From a virus (taxonomy: Duplodnaviria; Caudoviricetes): DNA of 64,000 nt. The stretch is taken from IMG/VR virus record IMGVR_UViG_3300047539_000055. The stretch is one strand, 5' to 3'. The translations under genes were made by a program, and so were the position numbers. Shown in pieces: positions 46,651 through 57,463 of the stretch (positions are counted from its first letter, which is position 1; every line of letters begins with the position of its first letter). The notes under the pieces were generated by a model. That model saw nothing but the letters and a program-made list of their open reading frames with translations. It was not told the DNA's origin and searched no databases.

Positions 46651-47022
46651 ATGGCATTGGAAAATTTAGGTAGTTTCACAGGTTCAGAAAATTTTCACCG
46701 CAATGGAATGAATCGCAGGTTCATTTATACCGATGGCGCTAAGTATGTTGCCGATGAAGCTGGTGCATATTGGCTCATTGATGATATCGCGATTGCGAAC
46801 GCATTTGACCAGAATCTAAAGGGCGAAGAGTTTCAGACTTGGACTCTCACGAAGACAGGAAACTCCGCGACCCTTATTGCCACTGACGGCAATGATAGGG
46901 TTTTGTATTCCAAGGGAATTGAGTACACTGATTTTCCGTTGGAATCCATCAAGTTTTATGTGGTTTCCGCCGAAGATTTTGGTGTGAACCATTTGATGCT
47001 GATGTTGCCTAGCGAATACTAA
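46651..47022 (+). CDS. DUF6876-like protein
   Basis: YTDGAKYVA..AGAYWL.D.I...IEYTDFPL...LMLPSEY. Confidence 0.7.
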   Translation: MALENLGSFTGSENFHRNGMNRRFIYTDGAKYVADEAGAYWLIDDIAIANAFDQNLKGEEFQTWTLTKTGNSATLIATDGNDRVLYSKGIEYTDFPLESIKFYVVSAEDFGVNHLMLMLPSEY

Positions 47023-47023
47023 A

Positions 47024-47242
47024 ATGACAGAAACCAGAAAAATCCCGAACAAAAAGCCTCTTCGTGAATTGGTAGCTCGTGCTATATATGCAAGTCAAGG
47101 GTGTCCTATTGATTCCGCTGGTGTGTGGTATGAAATCGTCAATGACAAGAAAGTAGTTATGGACGGCTTTGAAAAGTGGTATGTAATGGCCGACGCTGCG
47201 ATCAAGGCAGTCAGAAAGTACAATAGAAAGCGTGGCAGATAA
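47024..47242 (+). CDS. hypothetical protein
   Basis: coupled ORF; VARAIY...ADAAI. Confidence 0.5.
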   Translation: MTETRKIPNKKPLRELVARAIYASQGCPIDSAGVWYEIVNDKKVVMDGFEKWYVMADAAIKAVRKYNRKRGR

Positions 47243-47327
47243 TGTTTGATCATCGTTATCATCTTGCCTTGGATAAGGTATTTCCGATTCTGAACCAGGT
47301 TCCAGAACCGCCAAAGGAATTGAGATA

Positions 47328-47528
47328 ATGACAGCCCATTTTAGTTTTGAAGCCACAATAGGATTTCGTAAAGAGATAAGGGATTTTCTATTGCGATGCA
47401 AGATGAAAAATCCCTTGATTACTTTTGACGAATCAAAGGGTTTTTTAGTAAATACATTTTTTGTATGCGGTCCTGAAAAAGAGATACAGAACATTTATGA
47501 CGTTCTTGATGGATGGAACAAAAATTGA
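47328..47528 (+). CDS. hypothetical protein
   Basis: 66-aa ORF. Confidence 0.45.
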   Translation: MTAHFSFEATIGFRKEIRDFLLRCKMKNPLITFDESKGFLVNTFFVCGPEKEIQNIYDVLDGWNKN

Positions 47529-47665
47529 GACGTGCCAACATCATTGGCTAGTCGGAAGTCTAAACCGATAAAGAGAAGCGAGAGTGATACTCGTAAAACA
47601 CGGACGCTGGAGAACAGGGTGGAATTTCGGGGGAGCCAACTGCTATGATCCTGCCCACCCTGCCA
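47529..47665 (+). ncRNA. candidate structured intergenic RNA
   Basis: GC-rich gap with hairpins ccaa/ttgg, tcgg/ccga, cgag/ctcg closed by cgtg/cacg, then cagggtgg/ccaccctg. Confidence 0.45.
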
Positions 47666-47680
47666 GAGAAAAGATGAATT

Positions 47681-48089
47681 ATGACTGACAAAACATTAAA
47701 AACAGGAGATATGGTTAAGATTACATTTGTCCACGGTCCTCCCCCTAGACTTGGGTGTGTTAAAGACGTTTATTCAGATACAATCATTGTAAGTTTTGAA
47801 GGTCATGGAAGTTATGGATATTTTCCTAGTATGGTTAGAAAAGTATCTGATGAAGAGGCAATGTTGATGATGTTTGAGCGATAATATGAAAAACAAAATG
47901 TTTGGAATAGGCGATATTGTTAGTGTTTCTTTTAGTCAAGTTCCTCGGCAGATTGGATGTATTTTGTATGTTGATAATCACGTAATCACTGTACGTTTTG
48001 GGGATAAAAGAACCGCTCCCTGTTTTCCTAATATGATTAGAAACGTTTCTGATGAAGTAGCAATGTTGTGGATGTTGGAGAACGCATAA
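47681..48089 (+). repeat. two paralogous family D ORFs (47681-47884, 47886-48089)
   Basis: GD.V...F...PR..GC...FP.M.R.VSDE.AML.M.E. Confidence 0.75.
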
Positions 48090-48404
48090 TGACGCTCAAT
48101 AGTATGATAAGCATATTTCTTTACAGGTTTGCTGGAATATTTTGGTATATTTTACCGCGCACTTGGTTTGATAGCATTACATATCCAATTGATCGTTTAC
48201 GATGGTGGTTTGAAGATCATTTACCGAAGGAGAAGGAATGACGAGTGTAATGAGAACTATCAAATTGAAAGAAAACCTGGTAACTTTTATAGAACGTGAA
48301 CCTGATGTGCGTCCACACGAGCAAGCATGGAGCGAAGATTTTCCAAACGCATACGATCACAATGCAAAATATTTTGGGTGGTTTGTCAAAACGTTGGGTG
48401 CATA

Positions 48405-48674
48405 ATGAAAATTGAAATTGGCGACTATGTAAAAATCGTTGCATGTGTAACTTCTGTTAGCGCATACGAGCAAGACGGCGAACCTGAATATGTTCGCGTT
48501 CGCGTTGCTTACACTTCAATTTATGACGTTCCAATGAGTAGTATTGTTGAAAAACTTTCTGATGAAGAGGCGTTTCTTTTGAAATTGGAGGAACCTGTTC
48601 GACAGTCAGGTACTCATAGTGGGGCATCTAGCGGTCCATCGCTATCTCACCATCGCAAATGGCGTCATTACTGA
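48405..48674 (+). CDS. family D ORF with C-terminal extension
   Basis: IEIGDYVK...LSDEEAFLLKLEE. Confidence 0.6.
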   Translation: MKIEIGDYVKIVACVTSVSAYEQDGEPEYVRVRVAYTSIYDVPMSSIVEKLSDEEAFLLKLEEPVRQSGTHSGASSGPSLSHHRKWRHY

Positions 48675-48697
48675 TAAAGAAGCCATAAATTGCTAGC

Positions 48698-48788
48698 AAG
48701 TCCTTTGTTTTCATAGCCATAATAACTAATTTTTTGGTTGACTTTTGCCTGTGAATTTGGTATACTATATTTGTAGTCAAGAGAGGGT
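48698..48788 (+). promoter_or_regulatory. early promoter cassette with IHF-like site
   Basis: aagtcctttgttttca; TTGACT(48738)-17-TATACT; atatttgtagtcaagagaggg. Confidence 0.7.
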
Positions 48789-48795
48789 AAATCAA

Positions 48796-49023
48796 ATGGC
48801 AAATCAAAGAGTTCGAGTCAATTCGATCTACACGTATGAGCCTGTTTTACTTGATCTTTATGATGGTAGAACGAATCTCAAAATCGGTGACAAGGTGCGC
48901 GTGATCAATGTTTATGGATGCCCCAAGGCTAACACGATGGGCATGTGCTATGTTGGCGATGTTGATACTCGCAAGTTCATTGGCATGGTTTGCACCAATT
49001 CTCTGACGAAGGTGGCGAAGTAA
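48796..49023 (+). CDS. small SH3-like hypothetical protein
   Basis: LKIGDKVRV..GCP...MGMCYV. Confidence 0.6.
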   Translation: MANQRVRVNSIYTYEPVLLDLYDGRTNLKIGDKVRVINVYGCPKANTMGMCYVGDVDTRKFIGMVCTNSLTKVAK

Positions 49024-49093
49024 TGGAAAATTACACATCGCTCTCGCCAGTTTTGCAGGTCATGGTTATCGTCCTTGCCGTGTTTTTTGTTGT

Positions 49094-52000
49094 TTGTACC
49101 AGTTTCTATATTCACGCATTGATTACAAGAAAGGAAAAGTAATGAATTTTTCACTTATGACATTTTTTCTAACCATGACACTTTGGTTTCTATCGTGTTC
49201 TGTGATCGTTGCAATTCTGGCGATTGTTACTATAAACCCAGAAACTAGACACAAGGATCAGCGCCATGCTTGTATTATTTTGACGTTGCTCTTTACTGTT
49301 TTGTATCTTGGCGCTACATATTTTGGCATTTAATGAAACTTTTTCTTACGATATGGTGGTTTGCTTTTGGTACTTGGCTTGTGGTTTTAAGCCTCCCAAA
49401 TCATCTTAACACTCATCAATGGCTTTATGCGGTGATGGATGTGATTTTTGCGTTTATACTATTCATGTTCGCATTGAAATCAGTGGAGAAAAGAAATGAC
49501 CAATGGCGAAAAAATGCTCCGAAAGCTTGAAGGCTGGTTGAGCGATAAAGAATTGGCCGATAAACTTTCAGATGCTTACTCTACAAATGGATATCGAAAT
49601 GGATGGGTAAACTGCGTTCATATGTTACGCAAGCGGGGATATCTCTTCGTTCAAAATTAACTAGATGGGCTAGAGATGTGTCGAGTAACAAATATGGATT
49701 CAATAGCGCAAATGATCTTGCACGATATATGGATAAAAATCCCGAAGCGGTTAAGGAATTATTGAAATGACCAAAGCACAAAAAATTAAAATCATTTGTT
49801 TATTCACAGGATTTTTGGCCGCATTTATAGCGCAACATCATCTGTTTTTAGGAATAGCTGTTGCTCTTATATCTGTCGCGGTGTCTTTATATACTTGGTG
49901 GAATGAATGACCCAATTACAAAAACAACTAATTGAACGAATCAAGCAATCTGGTGGCGTGATCTTTGCTAGTCCATATGGATTATATACACAGTTTGGTC
50001 AATATTTTGCGTTTACAAATAGTGTAAAAAATCCTCAAAACGCTCGAAACACATTCCTCAACAAGTTCTGCGTTTCCATCTCCGTTGCCGAGCGCACAAA
50101 AATCAAAGCACAACATATTCGTAATTTGAATCGTTATAGGCGACTCGCGATCAAGTGTCTGGAAGAGTCAAAATTTGAAGCAGCACAGCGATTATCAGGA
50201 AGGGCTATGTCACTTTCTGAATCTTTGGATGAAAAGAATTACTACAAATACTATTACAGATTGAAGGAAGGGTTATAACTTTTCTCTTGACAATCGTGCC
50301 CTAAACACGCTACACTATAAAAGATATAATTATGAATGATTATCAAAAAGCCGTAACTCTTGGATTGACAAAACATACAAGATGGAAAGACGGTACGCCA
50401 CATCACCCAATGTCTGAAAGACTTATGGACTTTCTTGCCGATCATGACTTCAATGATTGCGGTGATAGTTTTTGTTGGGAAACTGGCGGTGATGGTGATA
50501 ACGGCGAAAACCTGATGTATGAGATGGATGTATATTTTGATTTGATGGATCAAGATAAGTTGCCAGCAAAAAATGAAGTTGATGAAAAGATGGAACTTGC
50601 TAAACGATTAGACGCAGAAATGGCCTCAGTACGAATACGCAATTAGATAAGGAAAAGTGATATGAACTTGTGGAAGAAATTCCTTTTATGGAAGAATGAA
50701 TACTGTACCATTCATGGTATTAAAAAGACTTACAGGTATGGCAGCAGAAAATTTGTTTGTTATATTTGCAATGATGAACGTCACAAAAAAGATAGAGCTA
50801 AATATGCCAAAGAACAAATTTTTGAGGCACAACTTGAGGGATACGCCCAAGAAATAAAAGATGAAAGATCAAAAGGACAATTATGAACCTGTGGAAATCA
50901 AAAAAGAAAGAAGTAGTTGTAAAACCATTGCCCAAACTTCCTCCAGCAACAATGACTTTTGGCGCAGGTTTTGCTTGTAAAAATTTACATATCGTCATGT
51001 ATGAAATGCCACAAAAAATTTGCAGGACTTGTGGCGAATTCAATAGACCATGTGTAGTCGAAATGACGCATACTCCTTTTAATACAGTGTGTAATGAACG
51101 TGGTTATAATGATTATCGTTATGAAACAACCTATAAATTTAATCGTTGGTTGCCAAAAACAAAGGAAAAATTAAATGAAAACAGTCTCAATGTTTGAAGT
51201 TCTTAGATGTGTAGATATGGTAGAAGCGCGGGGGCCATTTGTTCACGTCAACTATTTTACTGTGGAAGCCGATGCAGTGAATGCCGCAAAGATTTATGGA
51301 ATCTTTGGTGAAACCAAATTTGTAACTATCGAAATTTTTGAGAGTCTTCCAGAATTTGTTGAAGACAATCGCCAGCAAACTATCAAGAAAGCACTTACAA
51401 AATTGTCAGAAGAAGAAAGAAACGCTCTGCGCGTTGGATAAAATATGATTGGCTGGCTTGATCTATTATTAGATAGTTTGGTTTGGATATCGGCTCTAGT
51501 TATGTTAGTTATTGGAATAAGGAATAATTGGTATATTTCCAAGTATTCTGTTCTCAGTTTTTTCCGAAGAAAACAAAGCACATTCGCAGATATACCCAAC
51601 CAAACTATCCAATTATTTTCTTTGGCATGGCGACGAATTATGTGCTATACTAAAAGAGAGTTGTAGAGGGCGTATTGCTAAAAACCATAAAAATATATTT
51701 GGATAGAATCCTTGTCAATGGCTTTGACCTCAAATTATTTTTTGTGGCTGGAGCGTTTTTTGTTGTTGGTATGCTGTTACAACTTCGAAATGAGATAGCT
51801 GGTTCCGATGCTTGGTTTACTGATATGTTGGTTGCCGTATTATGTCTCGCACTTGCTGGCATAATGTTTCTCATGATGATTATCAAGATGTGCAAGGAAC
51901 CGAAGGAAAAGTAATGAGTCATTATATCAAGAAATGTAAAGAGTGTGGCGCTGTCATAGAACAGTGTCGATGTTTTGCTTTAGATAAAACCGTTACATAT

Positions 52001-53535
52001 GGTTTATGCGAAGATTGCAAAGCAAAAATGCCCAAGGAAGCTGTACAAAATGTCATTAGATAATGGTTTTGCAAATTTTATGCGTTCTCTTATGTCGGTT
52101 CTTTGCAGAGCATTCTCATTCTTTTCAATGTATATATTGGTGACCAATATTGAACATTTACCAGAAGTACCAATGTTCAAAGAATTTTTGGCTACTATAA
52201 TTCTATGCATAATTTCCGCAATCGCATGGAAGTTTGCAAACGATCTTGAGAGTAAATTATGACGCGCCCATACACTATTTTGATTTTACTTTGCCTATTG
52301 ACAATGGTGGGCTGTAATGATAATCAGATAAAAAGAGCAAGATACGTTCGTGATCATCAGTGTAAATTAAAAGTTCGTATACCAGATATACAGATTTGGG
52401 ACGATGTTTCTATGTCTATGAAAACTTATCCTGGATATAAAGAGTTTGCCTGTGATAATCCAGCAGGTTCAGTCATTATTCCTGATAATGAGATTCAACC
52501 ATGAAAGGAACAACAATGACTAAGACAACTCCTGATTTTATTTGGGATATGAGAGTGAAACTCAGGGAAGCCAGTAGAATTTGGTCTGAATTTCCACAGA
52601 AGGCCACTGCTATCCAGTATTCACATTACAACAATGTTAGATCACTTCTGGATATTTTAGAGCGTTCTGTTGAAATGGCCAATCAAGAATTGATAAAGGA
52701 GGAAAACCGTGACTGATACGAAGATACCTGAAGATTTGAAAGAAGCATATATTATAACTGAAAGTAATCGTCATAATATTGGCACTTGGTCTGATATGTT
52801 TGTACGAGGACTTATTGAACGTTCCGCCAAGGCTGAAAATGAAGTGGAACGATTGAAATCAGAAATACACGCTGTCATTGAAGGTATGCCGTTAGAGTTA
52901 GTTGTGCATGTTCGTGAAGGCGGCGGTTTAGAAGACGAGACAGCAACATTGGCTATATCTGTAGCCAAGACGACTGCTATTTATGAATCACTCAAGCATT
53001 ATGCGTGGAGATTATCGGAAGTATTGGAGAGAAGATAATGAAAAAACTCAAAGTAATAAAACTCAGTAAGGGTGCTACTGCAAGGCATCTCACAAAAACG
53101 AGTAAGACCACAAAGAATCATAAGCGATGGAAAACTGTGCGTTCCGCACGTAATCACGTGCTTGAAATGTTTGGTAAAAATGTTTCTCCCATCAAATCCG
53201 GTCCAATTTTCTTTGGAGGAATTGACGCACATCTGATATATGCTTATTCAAAGGAAAAATATTGGGAGAAGTTGGAGCAATATTCCTATTCACTTCTTGC
53301 AGAAGATTTACAAAAGATTTTGGAATATGTCAAGAGGTAAAATAATATGTGGTCAGATCAATATGGAGAGCGCCGACGACACGATGATGAAGAGTATGAT
53401 ACTGAATCATTGCTGAAAACTCTGTTGCCTTTGAGTAGACAACAGCGGGAACGCGGCGATAAACGGACTCCAACAAGATGGAAGGATTGGCGAAAGAATA
53501 ATGAAACTCAGAATGATGAAAGGCTTACCAGGTAG
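49094..53535 (+). other. dense run of about 18 small hypothetical, membrane and Zn-binding ORFs (early accessory region)
   Basis: closely packed + strand ORFs, e.g. 49907-50278, 50332-50646, 50662-50886, 50883-51197, 51175-51441, 52259-52504 (lipobox LTMVGC), 52709-53038. Confidence 0.6.
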
Positions 53536-54370
53536 TGGTAAAAGCACCCTTACAAAACAATTCGTGAAGGATAGCGGAAACGCTGGCCGTATCAATCGTG
53601 ACGATTTACGTGCCATGATATTTGATGGTGTATGGACCGGTCCTCGCGAAAAAGTCATTGTTGAGATTGAAAAAGCAATTGCTCAAGTTCTTGCTAAGAA
53701 TAAGATGATACCAGTTATCGACGATACTAACTTATTTCAATCGCATGAAGATATGTGGAAGAATTTTGCCAAAGAAAACAACCTTGAATTTGAAAAGGAT
53801 GATGTTGGAACTGATCTTGCCACTTGTATTGAGCGCGACAAGAAACGTGACAAACCCATTGGAGAAGCCATCATTCAGCGTATGGCACTTGATGCTGGAA
53901 TGATTGATTTTGGTGAGAAAAAAGTTATTTGGGTAGATGTGGATGGAACTACCAGCAATGGTTCACATCGTGAGCATTTTGTAACTCTGAATGAACAGCG
54001 CACTAAAAAAGATTGGTATGGCTATTTCACCGAAATGGTGTATGATGAACCTATTCAACCTATCATTGATTGGGTAAATGAACTCGCAAAGGATTATACA
54101 ATTTGTATCGTATCTGGAAGACCAGATACATATCAATTGGAAACCTTGTATTGGTTGCGCCATGTAGCTAAAATACATTTTGATTATATATTTTTACGTC
54201 GAGGTTCAGATAAACGACAAGACTCTGAAACCAAAAATGATATTTTAACTAAATTACCAAAAGAAAACATTTTATTAGCCATAGACGACAGGCCATCTAT
54301 CATTTCTTTGCTCCGTAAAAATCAAATTATGGTAATTCCTGTACGCGGAGAGTGTGAGGATTTCTACTGA
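53501..54370 (+). CDS. pseT: polynucleotide 5'-kinase / 3'-phosphatase (T4 PseT-like)
   Basis: GLPGSGKST, INRDDLR, IDDTNL; HAD DVDGT, VSGR, IDDRP. Confidence 0.92.
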   Translation: MKLRMMKGLPGSGKSTLTKQFVKDSGNAGRINRDDLRAMIFDGVWTGPREKVIVEIEKAIAQVLAKNKMIPVIDDTNLFQSHEDMWKNFAKENNLEFEKDDVGTDLATCIERDKKRDKPIGEAIIQRMALDAGMIDFGEKKVIWVDVDGTTSNGSHREHFVTLNEQRTKKDWYGYFTEMVYDEPIQPIIDWVNELAKDYTICIVSGRPDTYQLETLYWLRHVAKIHFDYIFLRRGSDKRQDSETKNDILTKLPKENILLAIDDRPSIISLLRKNQIMVIPVRGECEDFY

Positions 54371-54767
54371 CAGACAAAGGATATGTTCTTACAATACGAC
54401 CAAATGCAAAATGCGTTCACATATATGAACTACATTTTCAAATTAATGATTCTAAAGATATTCTTGGTTGCGGTCATACAAAAGAACAGGCTTGGAAAAA
54501 TGCTGCTCTATATGTTAGAGCGGAAGAATTTATAAAGGATTTCTAATGACAGACAAAGGTTATGTATTAACATATTATCCAAAAGCAGTATGTATATCTG
54601 TATCCATACCTAAATCAAGTCAATGGCATTTTATCCATACTCATCCAGAATCTAAAAAAGTTATTGGTTCTGGTAATACAACTGAAGAAGCATGGCATTG
54701 GGCCAAACTATATGTCGGTGCGGAGCAATTTTTAAAGAATCAGGAAGAACTTATAAAGGATTTCTAA
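54367..54767 (+). repeat. two paralogous small ORFs (54367-54546 with CTG start, 54546-54767)
   Basis: TDKGYVLT..P.A.C...G.G.T.E.AW..A.LYV.AE...IKDF in both. Confidence 0.65.
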
Positions 54768-55057
54768 TGACCAAACTTGAATACTTTAATTTTGATGAAG
54801 ATGTAGCCGCCGAGTATAGCGACGAAAAAACTTGTACTAAGTCTGATTCTGGTTATCATTGTTGCTGTTATGATAAAGGAATTGAATGTCATTTATGTTT
54901 TGAGGAAAAAGATGAAACAACACCTTCATAAAAGACCACATACTTGTAAATGCTCTATGACAGCATTGGAACCACACGAAGATTGCCCAATTCATAGTTT
55001 GGGTGAATGGCCTCCACGATGTGAAATTTGTGGACAGTTTATAAAAAGGAAAACAAA

Positions 55058-55429
55058 ATGAAAAAGTTATTTACAGTAGTTGCAGTTATATTATTCGCGT
55101 CTCAGATGGTCATGGCAGAAAATGTTTGGCCCCTATCCATCACGGTACTTTCAACACAAGAAGTTAACAGCAGACACGGAAGTTTTTATACACCATCTTC
55201 ACCAGCGGGTTTATTTCGTAGAAGCGTAAAGCATATTTTTGTGGATGCCGAAGATGGTAATACATATGATTTGGTTCCGTCAAAGTCAGATGATACTTTG
55301 GTTCCAAATGTCTATCAATCAATTCTTGAGCCAAGTGATTTGAAGGTTTGTGTACTCAATGGCAAAGATAGATGTAAGGGTGTAAAGTTTCACATTGCAA
55401 ACTCTGCACCAACTATTCAAGTGCAGTAA
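55058..55429 (+). CDS. secreted hypothetical protein
   Basis: signal peptide; AAGGA RBS. Confidence 0.6.
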   Translation: MKKLFTVVAVILFASQMVMAENVWPLSITVLSTQEVNSRHGSFYTPSSPAGLFRRSVKHIFVDAEDGNTYDLVPSKSDDTLVPNVYQSILEPSDLKVCVLNGKDRCKGVKFHIANSAPTIQVQ

Positions 55430-55705
55430 GAAAGGGAAACATGAGTATCTTCAGCATTATACCATTATGGGCATATACACTAATTGTTGGACTTGCTTTT
55501 GGTTTTGTTATCGGTATATGTTATAGTGCATATCGTTTAACCAAATTTATGACGGGCGATTAGGAGAAAGTATGAATTATAATTGTTGGCAATTTATGGG
55601 CGATCATCCTATGGTTACGCTTGTTATCGCATATTTCATATGTAAGATGATAGTGGATGTTGTAAGACGCATTTGTAAAACAATTAAGGATAAGAGAGAT
55701 GAACA

Positions 55706-57064
55706 ATGAAATTTGAAGAACCAAAAAACGCGAATTATGTAGCCACAGTTGTAGCTCTAAAAGAGTTTGTAATTCTTCCAAACTGCGATAATGTGAAAGC
55801 TGCGCTTATTTTCGGCAACTCTGTTATTGTCGGCAAAGATGCACAAGCTGGCGATCTTGGTTTGTTTTTCCCTGTGGAATGTAAACTCAGTGAAGGTTTT
55901 TTGAGCCAAAACAATTTGTATCGTCATGCTGAATGGGGCAATGTTGACAATACTAAGGTAGGATATTTTGAACAGCATGGCCGAATCAAGGCTATGAAGT
56001 TCCGTGGCAACAAGTCCGAGGGATTCTTCATTGGTATTGAATCTCTGAATTACATTGATGTAGTTGATGTGAAAGTCGGAGATACCTTTGACAAGATTGA
56101 CGATCATCTAATTTGCGAAAAATATGTTCCTGCACACAACACTGTGGGTATCGGTAGCGAGTCAAATGGAAAGAAAGCAAAATTGCGTGATAGCATTGTT
56201 GATGGACAATTCTGTTTCCATTATGATACGGACAATCTTCGTAAAAACATTCACAAGATTCAACCAACTGATACGATTAGTATCAGTGATAAATGGCACG
56301 GAACCAGCGCCATTTTTAGCAAGCCTCTTATTCTTCGTAAACTGCCTTGGTATGAAAAGGTATTGAAGAGTCTTGGTGTCAAAATTCAGGAAACAGAATA
56401 CGGAACTGTCTACAGTTCTCGTAAAGTTGTCAAGGCTGTCAATGGTGTTGATAGATGTAATGGTGTTAACTATTATGGCGTGGATATTTGGGGAGTTGTT
56501 GCCAAAGAAATTGAAAGCAAGATTCCAGCAAGTTATACCATTTATGGGGAAATTGTAGGCTATACTCCAACAGGTTCTCCAATTCAATCTGCCTCTGGTG
56601 GAAGACCTTATCACTATGGTTGCGCCAAGGGTGAACATAAACTTGTTGTTTATCGTGTGGTAACGACAAACATTGATGGAAAGAGATTGGAACTTTCGTG
56701 GCCACAAATGACAGAGTTTTGTACAAAGTATGGATTTGAAATGGTTCGGGAATGGTTCTATGGTGATCCAGAATGGTTGGTTCCATTTATTGATGGTGGT
56801 TATACTGAAAGTGGATCATATGACGATGGAATCAAATTATGGCAAAATGCATTGCTGAAATATATTGAAGAAGCATATGTAGGTAGTAAGCCTTGCTCAT
56901 ATTGTAATAACGAAGTTCCGGCCGAAGGAGTCGTTGTTCGTATTGATCATCTAACAGAGTGTGAATCTTGGAAACTCAAGAACTTCGCATTCCTTGAAGA
57001 TGAAACAAAGACTCTTGATGCAGGTGTTGTTGATATGGAAACCGTGGAGTCGGAAGAACAATGA
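55706..57064 (+). CDS. RNA ligase, DRB0094/Rnl2-like family
   Basis: N-terminal OB-like domain (RIKAMKFRGNKSEG), KWHGTS motif I, YGEIVG, EGVVVR, KLKN. Confidence 0.78.
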   Translation: MKFEEPKNANYVATVVALKEFVILPNCDNVKAALIFGNSVIVGKDAQAGDLGLFFPVECKLSEGFLSQNNLYRHAEWGNVDNTKVGYFEQHGRIKAMKFRGNKSEGFFIGIESLNYIDVVDVKVGDTFDKIDDHLICEKYVPAHNTVGIGSESNGKKAKLRDSIVDGQFCFHYDTDNLRKNIHKIQPTDTISISDKWHGTSAIFSKPLILRKLPWYEKVLKSLGVKIQETEYGTVYSSRKVVKAVNGVDRCNGVNYYGVDIWGVVAKEIESKIPASYTIYGEIVGYTPTGSPIQSASGGRPYHYGCAKGEHKLVVYRVVTTNIDGKRLELSWPQMTEFCTKYGFEMVREWFYGDPEWLVPFIDGGYTESGSYDDGIKLWQNALLKYIEEAYVGSKPCSYCNNEVPAEGVVVRIDHLTECESWKLKNFAFLEDETKTLDAGVVDMETVESEEQ

Positions 57065-57454
57065 AAAAATTTGAAGTCATGCTTACTATTGAGGATGCCA
57101 ATGACCTATTCACTAGTGAAACATTGATTCCAAAGATTGAACCATATTTCAATCAAACTTTGGGATTGAAAGTGACTTGGGGATCGGTCAAAGCAATACT
57201 TTATCCAAAAGAAGTTGATGGAAGACCGGTAATATACAAGGATGGCAAAATGTATGTTTAACTGGATTAGAAAGTTATCAAAATCAATAGCAGACGAACA
57301 GAATGAACAAGAGGATAGTCTTGAACGGAGAGTTCGAGGGCGCTTCTACGAAGTCCGAGATACTAATAGAGAAGATATAGAAATAATGATTGCGGCTGAT
57401 ATCATAGAGATTGTGCGTAGACACGATAAAAATCATAGATGGAATCAATTGTAA
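57061..57454 (+). other. two small hypothetical ORFs (57061-57261, ~57254-57454)
   Basis: coupled ORFs. Confidence 0.45.
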
Positions 57455-57463
57455 AGGAGTATT

